DNA from: the human T2T-CHM13v2.0 reference genome, Homo sapiens
Assembly (NCBI RefSeq): GCF_009914755.1
Contig: NC_060936.1
Reading direction: 5' to 3' (one strand)
Length of the DNA stretch: 64,000 nucleotides
Positions within the stretch are counted from its first letter, which is position 1, and each line of letters begins with the position of its first letter. The translations under genes and the position numbers were made by a program. Under the pieces are notes generated by a model. The model did no database searches. It worked only from the letters and a program-made list of their open reading frames with translations, and was not told where the DNA came from. Below, in pieces: positions 43,880 to 60,760 of the stretch.

Positions 43880-46800
43880 GTTCTAATCTTTCTTTGTGAA
43901 GCATTTTGCTTAATCGTTTTTCTACTTGAATATGAATTTGAAAGAATTTTCAATATTCTTGATTATTGTTGTTAGTATTGCTTAAGTGGGGGCATTGGCA
44001 GATATTTTTTGATGCGGAGTGTGTGTCTTTAGGAAATGATGGAAATTATTTAAAGGCTAAAATTCACTTAAAAAAAAAATGTGCTGAAGTGTAAACTGTG
44101 CTCAGAGCCTATGAGTTGCATTAAGCATGAGTACCTATATTGTTTTCTTTCCCCTTGGAAATTTGATTTGTTATATTCTAACTTTACACATTGGCCTGCT
44201 CCCAAGAGTTGAAAACAAGAGTGTAGCTAAATGAGGCCAATTCCTGGATTTCAGCCTGATGCTGTTAGCCGAAGTCTTGGAACAGGGTCTAATAGCTAGC
44301 TGCTTTACACAAAGTCAGCATTAGATGATAAAATCTTCATTCTTGATAGCGAGCTGCTGTTTAAGAAATCATTTCTTTTAACATTGCTTTTTGCTCCCCT
44401 GCTTTGTAGAGAGCCATGTGGCTTTCACATCTGCTGCTGGTTTTCTCATCCAAAGAGTTTATCAGAGAAAGATAGAATCTAGTGGAAGAAGAGATCCCCT
44501 TTTGGTACAATGGGGCTGCATTACAGGGTAGATTGGTTATGCTGGTGATATTATTCTGCAGGTGTGAACAGTTTAATTTGCAACACAGTAGTCCAATTGT
44601 CCACCAGAATTCTTCCCTCTATGGCCAGTTGGATTTGGCTTTTTGTTGTTGTTGTTAACCCAGTTGTTAGAGCACATATATAAGAATAGAAAATATTCTT
44701 AAACAGAACCCCGTTAGCGTACAGTGACTAAGTTAGCTGTGATCTGTGAAGTCAGGAGTTTTATGGAGCTCTTACATGAGAATGACAATAGATGGCCAGT
44801 AGTTTGTAGAATTGGCTTTGTTTCATCAATCATTAAAATTAAAACCACAAAGTAATAAAAATAAGTAGCACTTTCATTTGTTTCTTGGGGTGTTTTTATT
44901 TTGAAACAGGGAGGAAATCCTTCTGTGGAATGTCCTGCTGCTTTATGATTTTATTTTAGAGGGGCTTGCTTTTTTTCTCTCTCTCCATCTCTCTTTTAAT
45001 CTAGGTGCCTTGGGATTTTAGTGAAATTGGGCCAGTTATGTGGAATTGGCACCATGAACTAAATGTATGCCCTTGGAGAAAACCTGTTTGCTTAGATCTT
45101 TATGCCAAATTGGTAACTGACTAACAGTAAGAAACTCTGTTACTGGGAGGCCTTTGAGATTTAATTATCCCACAAACCATGCCGGAGACTGATTTTGCTT
45201 TGACTTTGCCTCCTTTCCATATCCCCTCCTCTTTTTTTTGCTTTTGAGGCTTTATGTTTTGAAAACTGAAGTCCTGCTACATTAGTTTGTGATCTGTGTG
45301 TACTTTTGATGCTGAGGTCTCCAGCTCCTTCCTTTCAATAGTTGTCCCTCGAGGGACTTAATCTCTCTGTGGGAGTGTTTCTTGCCGAAACATCTTGAAA
45401 ACAGTGTAGCTTTTAGTAAGCAAAGTTACTTGTTGGACAGTTCATTGAACAGGTTTGTAATCTTGCTATTTATAATTTTATGTTCATCTTTTTTTGTGCC
45501 CACAGGATTCCTGGTATTTAAAGGAGACAATTTTTTAGTCGATAACAATGATACAGTTGTTGGTTTCAAAATTACAAATTGGTTTTTAGGAGAAAAGTAA
45601 GTCTGCCATTATATTACAGTGTGAATAATTCTGAGGAGTGATGGCTTTTAGGTATTTACCAATATTCATTTTTTAAACTTTAAAAATTATTATAAATTCA
45701 TAGGAAGTTGCAAAAAATAGTACAGAGAGTTCCTGTGTACCCTTCCCCCAGTTTCCTCCATTGGTAATATCCCGCATAACTACAGAACAGTAGCAAACCA
45801 GGACCTGACATTGGCACAATTCACAAATCTTGTTGATGTCACTAGTTTTACATGCACTTATTTGTGAATCTATGGAACTTTACATGGATGTAGATTTGTG
45901 TGACCACCACCGCAGTCAACATGTAGAACATTCATCACGAGAATCTCTTGTGCTACTCTTTCACAGTCTTTGACGGCCACACTGGCCTCAAGTCCTTCCC
46001 CGACCCTTTCACCCCCAGCTCCATCTCTAACCCCTGGCAACCACTGATCTGTTCTCCAACTCCATAATTTTGTTTTCAGTTTTTTAATGTATATTTTAGT
46101 GCTTTGTATTTCCTAATATGTAATTTTAGGAATTTAGCTGCATAAGTAATGATGTCATGTTTATCAAGTAAAAGATAGAAAAACGTGCATAAACAAAGTA
46201 ATAAAGAAAAAGAGGGAAGATGCAGAGGTTAAAAACTTGAAATTTATGATAATATTGGTGAGCAAGAAGTAGTTGACAGCAAAATAAATAAGTAATTCTA
46301 GAACCAAAGACCAGCATATTAGATTATGGTATTTCAAGTTTCAAGGAAAATGTGATTTTATGTCCATGTAGGAGAAACTAAAATCCAGGTGCTTATAGCT
46401 AAAGATCTATAATCTTAATGAAGTCTGTGTGAGTCAGGAATCCATAGCCAAGTGAGGCTGAATTGATTTTCCTGGCAAAAGTGATTCTGCAGACCTGTAG
46501 TTGCTGGCAGGGTTCCCTTAGTTCTTCACTTTCACCCTTGCCGCCAGACTTCTCTTATCAGGAAGTTCTGTGGAAGGTTCCTTGTATGCTCAAGACCCAA
46601 GTGCCCTCAGGAGTTCCTTTTAATTCATGTGATTGTTTTGGCTGCCTCCTTTAAGCACAAATTTAGGGAAAGGCAAAATCACTCTAAAAAACAGATTGGG
46701 AGCTAGATGAAACAAGAATGGCAAATGAACATTGAGCTAAGTGGTGGGTACTTTGGAGTTCTTTATATTGTTCACTTTACTCTTGTGTGTTTGAACTTTT

Positions 46801-46959
46801 CCACAATTAAAAAGTTTACTAGAAAAAAAAGCATAAAGCAAAATAATACATGTGAATAAGAAAGAGCCTACGGAGGGCAGCACATGCCAGGAGCTGAGCT
46901 GTGTCTATGACCTTTGAGAATTAAAAGCAATGCTAATTTTTAAAAAAAAGTTGGACTTA

Positions 46960-48760
46960 CACTTTTATCTCATTTGGTTATTTATATAGAGCTGACTATG
47001 TACGTGCGAGGTACTGTTCTATATAGTGAAGACAGCTGAGAATAAAACATAAAAAACCAGCTTCTCAGAGAGCTTCCATTGTATACAATAAAGACATGAT
47101 TAAATAGAGTTATCAGATGGCAGTGAGTGCTATGGAGAAGAACAAGACAGTAGAGGTGATATGGGGGTTGCACTTTTGAGTGGCCAGGGAAGACTTTGCA
47201 GAGAAGGTGAGCTTTGAGCAAAGACCTGAAGGAGGGGTGAAGGACACTGTGCAGATCTCTGGCAGAGTGGAATAGCAAGGACGAAGGACTTGAGGCAGAC
47301 ACAGCTGAAGCTCATCTGAGGCAGGGTGCGCCTGTTGTGTTTGAAGAACAGCAGGAAGGTCCAAGTGGGTGGTTGTCGTACGCTGAATAATGGCCCTCCC
47401 AAATATGCTGACGTCCTAATCCCTGAATCCCACCAGTATGTTACCTTTCATGATAAAACGCCCTTTGCCGATGTGATTAGGTTAAGGATCTAGAGATGGG
47501 GTGATTATCTTGGATTATACAGGTGGGTCCAGTGCATTACAAGTCTTGTAAGAGGGAGGCAGGACATCAGGGAGGAGAGAAGATGCTGTGTTGCTGGCCT
47601 TGAAGGTGGAGGAAGGGGCCACAAACCAAGGAATGTAGGTAGCTTGAAGCTGGAAAAGGTAAGAAAACTGTTTTCTTTCTGAAGCCTCCGGAAGGAATGC
47701 AGCCCTGCCCACACCTTGCTTTTACACTTCTGGTCTCCGGAACTATAAGCAAATAAATCTGTATTGTTTTAAGCAGCTAAGTTTGTAGTAGTTTGTTAGC
47801 GCAGCCATAGGAGACTGATACGGGGATGTGGTGAGCAGAAGGATAAGAGGAGGAGAGGACTCAGGATGTGATAAGCGTTTAATCCATTAAAAGAACTCGA
47901 AGTTTTGTGAATAAGATGGGAAGCCTTTGGAGTGCTTTGAGCAGAGGGGTGACAAGGGCTGCCCTACGTTTAAAAAGGGACCATTTGGGCTGCTGTGTGG
48001 AGAATCGGTTGTTGGGGGACAAGGACAGCAGCAAGGAGACCAGTTAGGAGGCCACTGAAGTAATCCAGAGAAGAGGATGTGGTGCTTGGGCCAGGATGGC
48101 ACCAGCAGAAGTGGACAGAGTCAGGATTGTGGATGGGCTGGATGTGGGGACAGAAGGAAGAGAGTCAACAAGGGCTCCATGGTGTTTGCCTTGAGCAACT
48201 GGAGGAATGAGTTCACTGTTTACCGACAAGTAGCAGACCATGGAAGGAGCATGTGTGGGTATGGGGGAAGATCACTCATTGGTTGTGAGGTTGAGGATGA
48301 GCTCTTCGTTGAGCTCTGGGCTGAAGATGGAAATTTGGAAGCTGTCAGCCACATTGATGGTATTTAAGGCCAGGAGACAAATGAGAACATTAAGGAAGTG
48401 AATGTAAATAGAGGAGGGGTTCAGGGATGGAGCCCTGGTGCTCCACAAGGATTAGAGGCCGTGGACATGAGCAGGGCCAGGCAGAGGACCGGGAAGGAGT
48501 TCCCTGCCAGGCAGGAAGAAAACCCAGATGTGTCGTTCCTTGGGACCATGGGATAAATGTTTTCCAGGAGGAGAAAGTGATCAAAGGTGTTAAGCGCTGT
48601 TGTTCATCAAGTAAGAGGAGGACTGAGAAATGACCATTGGGTTTTGCAAGTTGGAGGTCACTGGTGACCTTGACCAGGGTCAGTGGTGTGTTGGGGGCAA
48701 AAGCTAGTGGCTCAGGAGCAAGTGGAGAGAGAGGAAACTGAGACAGTGAGTGCATAGAGA
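46960..48760. mobile_element. L2 fragment with a nested MLT1 LTR (~47372-47820)
   Basis: L2 motifs (gagctttgagcaaagacctgaagga, gaaatgaccattgggttttgcaag); MLT1 motifs (ctgaataatggccc, ttttaagcagctaagtttg). Confidence 0.78.
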
Positions 48761-50216
48761 GCTGTCTCTATGTGGTGTGTCCTCCCACAGTAGACTTGAT
48801 GTGTGAACCTGTGAAGGGAACAATGAGACTTCCCCTCTGTGAGCCTTACTGGTAACCCTAATCCAGGCAGAGCTAATAAAGCTCATTTTTGAGCCAACAG
48901 CTTTTTTTTTTTTTAATGCTGCAATTCACAGTGGTGCTATAAAGCAAAATGCTGGAGACACTTTTATTAGCAAGTCCTTGCAGCTGAGGCTCACTCGGTG
49001 GGGCTTTACTGAGCAAGGCCATTCCAACTCTGGTGTATTAAAGAAAGACCATTAGGCCTTTGGAAAATTCAGGCTTGTAAACTTGCTAGATTTCATAAAA
49101 CTTAAGGAATCAAAACAATTAACAAGATTTCCTCTTGGTGGGACCCTTTAACATTTGCTTGTGAAAGTTTAACTAGGTCTTTTTCTTGTTGATTTTTTTT
49201 CCTTCAGAATTAAAAGTCATTTTTAAAACCTGTCATTTTTGTTCTCCTTTAAAAGAAGAAAGAAAAGCACCCTCCTTTTATAGTTTGCTAAAGAAATTGT
49301 TGACACATTTCTGTTTTTAATACCTAATTGTGGATACAATCCTGATCCCTTTTTGGAAGCAATTCTCACCTCTGCCTTTTTTAAGTCTCTCAAAGAGATT
49401 TTTTATTTGTTATCCAGGACTTAAACTTTAGCTTGAATATTATTTTCTACGGAATAAGCACTGTGACCCGGGGTTAGTGATGTGAATGATGCACCACAAC
49501 ATCAATTTTTTGGTCTCAGTTTTTCATCCTGTAACCCTGTTGTACAAATTTCAGATTGTGTTATTTAAAATGATTTGGCATTTTCCTTGAAACTGTTAGA
49601 AAAAGCTGCTTTCAGCTTCCAACATCTTTAAGGTCCGACATATTTGAGACTTCCTGAAAGTCCCATTGAAAAGTTTCCATTTTAAAGTGGTTGAGATTTG
49701 CACAGTCCTCATGAAAACTCATACAGAATGTTTAGTTTGAGATTTTCTAGTTTGTAATCATTGAGCACTGCCTTTGGATTTTCCTAAAGTGGGGATGATT
49801 CAGAGGCTCCATCCAACAAAACGAAGCTTGTAGCTCATTTTTGAACACATAATTTAAAAGATTGCTTCCCCTATTTGGGGCCAGTCTTGTGATCTAACCT
49901 GGGTGTAACGGCAGGGACCCCAGCATTTCCCTATAGCTTCCTCAGCCATGGAGAAGTAGCCCCAGTCTGGGTGCATCCATGGGATCTCTGTCACATGCCA
50001 AAGGTTTTGGTTTCATAGGTTGGGTGGGAAGTAGATGAGAACTGTGGGCCTGAGTGCCCAGTACATGGTTAGTGCCCAAAACATATCTTAACTGATTGAC
50101 CGGTAACCCAAATCAGTGTTCTCTAAAGTGACTTCTGCAGAGCACTGGGCTTTTGAGATACTCGTTGCAAAAAGAAGTCAGGAACCAAATGAGTTTAGGA
50201 AATGCAGCTTCTTATA

Positions 50217-50406
50217 CAGGTTGAACTTCCCAAATCCAAAAATCCCAAATCCCAAATGCTCCAAAATTAGAAACTTTTTCAGTGCTCATTGGAGCATTTT
50301 GGATTTTGGATTTGGGGATTTGGGAGACTCAGTCAGAATAATGCAAACGTCTGAAATCCAAAATACTCCTGGTTTTAAGCATTTTGGATAAGGGATACTC
50401 AACGTG
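50217..50406 (+). mobile_element. Tigger4a/MER46-type MITE
   Basis: TA-caggttgaacttccc ... gggatactcaacgtg-TA. Confidence 0.82.
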
Positions 50407-51129
50407 TATCCCCTTCTTAGAGATGTGCAGCACATGCCACTGCTATTCAAAGCGCAAGTTCTGCAGCGAGGAATTCTGCTTCGTTTTGTTTAAAGCAGTG
50501 TTTCCTAAGCTCATTTGAGCGTGGAATCCTTTTCTAAGGAACTTATTAACACCTGGAGGTGTTGTTCTACTGAATATGCTTTTGGTCCATGTAATTAAAG
50601 AATGGCTACATTTATATGATCTCTTGATTACTCTTGAGTCTTTTTTGTTCGGTAGTTACATTTCATGACTTTTACAAAATGTTATGGTTTCTACAAAAAA
50701 GGCATATGTATGCCCAGGATCAGAGTAAAGCTGCCCTGTGTTTCCTGAGCACGTTCTGCCTTTGAGAACCTGTAAAGGTCTTTATATGTTACCTTTATCT
50801 TACACCTTATTTAACCCTGAATTCCAGGGCTCGGTTAGGGGACATACTCTGCTCTGGGACTACTCAGGTTGTGGCCTGGCTCACTCACAGCTGACATTGG
50901 TCTATCCCTATCTGTGCTTCATGATTGCCCAGTGCTCAGACACTCTGGCACAGACAGATAGACAGACAGCATCTGGGTGTCATGGGTAGGCTCAGCTGTG
51001 GACCAGACATGCCAAAAATAAAACCATGGTGTTCTGTCTAGTCAAACTGGAGCTCCAGCATTGCTGAGTCGTTATCCCGTTCTTTATTGCCTGACCACTT
51101 GTGATCAGATGAGAGCTTGTTTTCCTGAG

Positions 51130-52340
51130 CCCTTAAGGCTAAGATGGAGAAGTGTGGGATGACAGTGTGGTTAAGTGGATTTGTAACTGATGCTGTGGCC
51201 ATGCCCAGGGTGGGCTGCTTAATGGATCCGTGTCAGCCTGGGGGGTGGGCTCCAGTGGTTTGCCACAGAGCTAGAGCCCTATCTTTAGCACCATCCTGGT
51301 TATCTTTTTTTTTTTTTAAATAATTAAGACACAAAGGCCCACAGACCATATTTTGCAGATGACTTATGGATGGGAGAAGTGGCTAATGCAATGGATGACA
51401 GAATTGGGATTCAGAGATTATCTGGGGGAGGCTAAAATGCTGGGGGGTGGGGCAGACGTTGAGGTGGGGATTAAAATCGATCAAAAGTTTACAAAGTTAA
51501 GAATTTAGGTATAAAAAATAGTGTGGTGGAAGGATGGTGGGCTTTTTTTTTTTTTTCCTTCCAGTTTGTGTTTAAAAAAAAAAACCCTGAAGAATCATGA
51601 GGACCAAATTGGGGTTACTGTTGCGAGGAAGAGAATGTGAACGGTGAGAGATACTCAGGAGTTTTAAGCTGATTAGCAATCTTTTCTTTTGTCTGCAGGG
51701 TGGCGAGTTCACAGGTGTTTGTAATATTCTTTATACCTTTTCATTTCCCTTAAATATTTAATAAATTAAACAGACTGCAGGAGCTTTAGTGGACCATTAG
51801 TTGAGTAGCCATGTTGATGGCTACAAGTAAAGCAGAAAACCAGTGTCTGATAAGATCCTTCTGTGCATGGGACTGCACAGCCCATATTTGAGGTGTTATT
51901 GAGTCTTGAGTACCACATTTGAAGAGGGACACTTTAGATGTACAAATGTTTTAGGGTGCATTGAGAGAGTGTCAGAATGGAAACTATATGAAAAATAGTG
52001 GAAGGAAATGGATAATATTTAGAGCAATGAAGAAATGACTAAGGGGAAATATGATCGCTGTCTTCAGCTATTTGAGGGACTGTCAGGTGGAAGAGCAAAT
52101 AGATTTCTTCAAAAGGGCAAAATCAGGGCCATAGGTAGAATGAGTTTTCTAGACAGTGGAAGGAAGCCCTTTCTAACATTCAGACTGCCTGTTGTTAGAT
52201 CAGACTGATGGGGGAGGTCAGCTCTCCACTGGAAGCATTGCAGGATTGCCTGGGCCCCATTGGCCAGGGATGCAGTGGGGTGCCTTCTTGCAATGAGGAG
52301 ATACACCTAGTTGATCTCCAAGGCCCCTCTTGATTCTTCA
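51130..52340 (+). mobile_element. Ancient L3/CR1 LINE remnant
   Basis: tttgcagatgac (FADD reverse-transcriptase motif) at 51352-51363; CR1-like 3' segments (gactaaggggaaatatgatcgctgtcttcagctatttgaggg). Confidence 0.6.
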
Positions 52341-52749
52341 GGTTCTAAACCACTGGAGACTGAGACAGCGTGACACTCTCAGCATTAGAGTGTGACACTT
52401 AGATTCAGAAAAATGACAGCTTTGTCACTTATTTATGCCACGTGATCTAACTTCGGATGCTGTGAATTCCATGCGAAGTGTCCATGCCTGTAGGGAAAGT
52501 GACTGAGGTGATGTGACTGCTTATCACACATGGAGCTTGTGTGCACACATATATAGCAGAAGCATAATTAAGGAGGCCAAAACTTTAATGTGTCGTCAGT
52601 GTTAGGTTGGTCAGTATTGCTTTGATATGCTTTTGGTTGAATAAGGTATTGTAATGATTATTTTTGGTATAGTTTGCTTGAGATAGAAAGTCAGATTTTG
52701 ACACCAAGATAAACTGAGTTCTTAGATTCCCACTAATTTTACTTTGTAA

Positions 52750-55375
<2,626 letters not shown>

Positions 55376-56412
55376 CAAACTAACTCTCTGTCAGTGCTTT
55401 ATCAGCTGAGGCCCTTTGTGCAGTAAGAATCTGGTCTCCTACTTTCTCTCATTTTCCTTCTTTCCGTCTCTGTCTTTGAGTCTTGAAGTGGCCCTAAGGG
55501 AGTGTTAAAGAGTACAGGGTACTGTAACCTACCTGCTACCACTCTTCATTAGAAGTGAGACTCAACTTTTGGATGGATGGCAAGCATCAGGCACTTGATC
55601 CTGCATTCCCAGAATGCTGTGCAGACCGGGATCACGCTGATCTGCTCGATCAGTTTCTCATCTGCCAACAGAGTCCATCTTTTGCAGTCTGGCCAACTTT
55701 GCACATGATCCTGTGATTAAGTAAACCTTTTGTTCCCCTAAATTAGTGTTGGAAAACAAAATGCTAATAGTTAAAATGGCCATTTCCTCTGGATACTGTT
55801 GGGATTTGAAAGTCAGGCCAGACATAACATTAATTTTTCTAGATCTAATCTTACAGTCCTGGATAATGGCTTGAGTTTTCTGTTAATTAAATATATACAT
55901 ATGTTTAAAATCTAAATTCTCACATGCAATTTAAATTTGAATTTTTTACCTGACCAGATGTTTGGGTTATAGGTAATTTTATGACAGCCTTTGATTTTGG
56001 AGGCCATCAATCTTCAATTCTGTAAGGTGGAAATACAAATGCTTTTTGTCAAAAGTAAAGAGATTCCATTCTGAAAAGCTCTGTATGATTGTATAGCTAA
56101 TTACCATGTAAAAGTTTATATTTTTTGCATTTTATGTATTTGTGTATTTTCTTCTCTTATTTGTTAGATTACAATATAACCAAGTAGTCTAAAATGTGAT
56201 ATTACATGGTGGTACAACAATTTTGAAATCTTGAAAGATAAAACTGGAAACATTTGCTTGTATTTTTTTTTCCACCTCATAGTGTTTTGTTAATGAGACA
56301 TTTTATACTGCCATAAACCCAGGGCAATAATATAGGTGTTGATTGATTTTTGGATGACAAGGGGCTTCTCTAATTGCAGAATTTGACATTTGTGTCACTT
56401 CTGCTGTTTTAG

Positions 56413-56577
56413 GTGAGCAAGACGTGGAAGGTGATTGCAGAGGATGAGGTGCTGTGGTACAGGCTGTGCCAGCAGGAAGGGCACCTTCCGGATAGCAGCA
56501 TCTCTGACTATTCTTGCTGGAAGCTCATCTTCCAAGAGTGCCGAGCCAAGGAACACATGTTACAAACCAACTGGAAG
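56413..56577 (+). CDS. FBXW8: FBXW8 coding exon 3 (aa 142-196; C-terminal half of F-box and linker)
   Basis: Acceptor ctgctgttttag; 165 nt encoding VSKTWKVIAEDEVLWYRLCQQEGHLPDSSISDYSCWKLIFQECRAKEHMLQTNWK (F-box VSKxW...LW motif); donor AAG|GTGGGC; phase 0/0. Confidence 0.97.
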
Positions 56578-57442
56578 GTGGGCAGTGGCCAATATCATTA
56601 CCTGTGAAAGAATAGCCTGCAAGGACATGGGAATCCAAGCTTTCACTCATAGCCTGAGATTAATTGCCAACAGCGAAGGGAGAGGGGTACACTGAGCCTC
56701 CCCTTCAGCTGTTGGTGACTTGTTGCCCATTTTGTTCACCATTAGATGATCTGCCTCTGTTTTCAGCCTCAAGATTTGGGAACATCCTCTTATTCTGCAG
56801 GAGAGGAAGGGTGAGATTGGGTTGCCAGCCACTTCCTCTCGGATTGTTAGGGTGGTCAGAGGAGTGCTCTGTGCAGCCCCTTTGACTTTCACCGACTCTC
56901 TGGAGGGACCCAGAAAGCAAAAGCACTACCTGCATACAAAAGAGGAGCTGAAAATGTCATTTCTAGTAAATGTAAGAGGGAGATGATTAAACATCTCTAA
57001 GCACTGTCTTCTCTTCCCTCACATAACCTATTGGCGTGCTTCCATAACATTTATCACTTCAAAGTCTCTACGGAAATATTAGATCACAGCTAAGAATTTG
57101 CACAGTGAAGTGTTTCCATAGGAGATAACTGTCAAGAGCCGTGTTACATAAAGCTGTTTGAGGCATGACGAGACAGCAGTGTGGTGGCAGTGTTTCTTTC
57201 TCACCTGGGAGGCTGGAGATTCAATGGTAGAGAAGGGATGGAACCATTCTCTTTACTCCCATAAAGGTCAATCCTAATAGACTTTGAGATTAACAAGCTT
57301 TTGTGCATTACTGATAATGACAAATTGCCTATGTGCCTGTCTGTCCCTACTCACCTCCTAACCTGATTAGTGACCAATACGCTTGATCTGGGCAACCTCA
57401 CACGGTTTCTAGCAAAGTCAATAAGAGCAGTGTCTCTCTAGT

Positions 57443-57667
57443 TCAGGGGTTCTCAACCCCAGCACTAGTGACATTTGGGGCCAGCTAATTCGTTTTGTGC
57501 GGGGCTGTCCTGTGCATTGCAGGCTGTTGAGCAGTATCTCTGGCCTCTCCCCATTAGACGCCAGTAGCATTCTCTTCCTCCCCCAAGTCATGACAACTAG
57601 AAATGCCCCTAGACATTGCTGGATGTCCCCTGGGAATCAAAATCCCCTCCCACTCGAGAACCACTGT
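57443..57667 (-). mobile_element. MER20 hAT MITE
   Basis: caggggttctcaacc ... gagaaccactg. Confidence 0.82.
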
Positions 57668-58514
57668 TCTGAGAGTTAGTGTGGCTATCCTTTCTTAGGC
57701 TGTTAAGACACCACCACTAAGACAGGTCACGCTGGCCCCACAGTGCCCTTTTCCATCCACCTACGGTAATAAACTCGTCTGGAGGGAGCCCCCAGTCCCT
57801 CTTGCCCGTGTGCCTGGGTAGGTCCATGTGATGCACACAGGCAGAAAGGTATGACAAAGAAAGCTGCCCAGATAAACAAGGGGTCAGAAAGCAGAGGGTC
57901 TAACCCTGGTGGGAGGGGCTGCGATTTAAGGAAAGCTTGAGAGCTGAATGTTAACGGGGTCCTTTCTCTCCAGAAAGGAGAGATACTTTTGAGATTTACA
58001 AGCAGGAGAGTTGGAGATATTTGGCATCCCCAGGCTTGAATTCGAAGATGTCAGACCGTGGTAGAGAAAAGCAGCAGCTGTGTTTTTTGCTTCCTCTTTG
58101 GTGATAGAGAAAGCAAGGGAAGAGGACAGGTATGTCCTTGTTGGGCCTGGAGGTGGCAGAAGTGACGATATTTTAAAGACCCATCACCTAGCATTTGGCA
58201 CTTAGTAACACTTTACAAGTTATATACAATCTAGCTGAATGTCTATTTAGTATTTATTTCTAATGAACAGGAAGTCATCTGTTAGGTAAGTACTCACTAC
58301 ATGGCTGTTGATTGAGTGAACTGGAGCGGACTGCAGGCTGAACCAAACATGAGGGAGACTTCTATTTGGAGCGTGTAAGGTCCATTTCCTGACACTGTTA
58401 ACAAGGAGAATTCTAGGAGTGAAATTTTAAATGATGTATCTTTCATTAAATGTAATGGTGGGATTCTTACCAAAATTCTGGAATGAAAGAAAGCCTTATC
58501 AAAACATGAAAGGC

Positions 58515-60109
<1,595 letters not shown>

Positions 60110-60671
60110 TAGACTGTCATTCAAATACCATTTCCATGAAACCTCTGGCCTCTCAGTTAGAAATAGTATCATCTCATCTCCTTTTCCTCATCCTGATCTT
60201 TATCTATTTGTATATAATTTTGCATTTTATTCTGAGAGTCCTTATAAGAATTAACAGGTAAGGTATCATGTAATACTTTCTTTTTGCTGAACGGAACTTT
60301 TTCACATACTTTATAAGTTTCTTTAGATACTTGCCACTCCCAGCAGATACATGCCAGCCTATTGTGGATGGTAGTTATTGGTGAGCACATATTTGCTTTC
60401 TATTCTGTAACCTCCTGGAGGATGGGGCAATGTCTCACACGTCCTGTGTCCTCGAGTTCAGTGCCTTTGGGATATATGGTAACTCGCCCATGCTTAACAG
60501 CTTAGCATGTTAGTCATCATCTTTGTCTTTTTGAATGCCCATGGAACTTTGAATGCACTTGTTGTCCATGCTGTAGAGAATTGCTGTGGAAAGTAGGTGA
60601 AAAAGCACGATGCTTGGCTTTCGGGCTGTCCCGAGAGCAGTCTAAACTGCATCCCCCTTTTCCTCACGCAG

Positions 60672-60760
60672 AATCGCAAAGGTGCCGTGAGCGAGCTGGA
60701 GCATGTTCCTGACACAGTTTTGTGTGATGTGCATTCTCACGATGGTGTGGTCATTGCGGG
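60672..60760 (+). CDS. FBXW8: FBXW8 coding exon 4 (aa 197-226 partial; start of WD40 region)
   Basis: Acceptor cccccttttcctcacgcag; 89 nt encoding NRKGAVSELEHVPDTVLCDVHSHDGVVIA plus GG (phase 2); donor GGG|GTAAGC. Gene continues beyond the window. Confidence 0.95.

Noticed and set aside
51680-51720. Possible 16-nt microexon (tgcag|ggtggcgagttcacag|gtgttt)
   Set aside because: Weak donor, frameshifting length, lies in an old LINE-like fragment; no further support.
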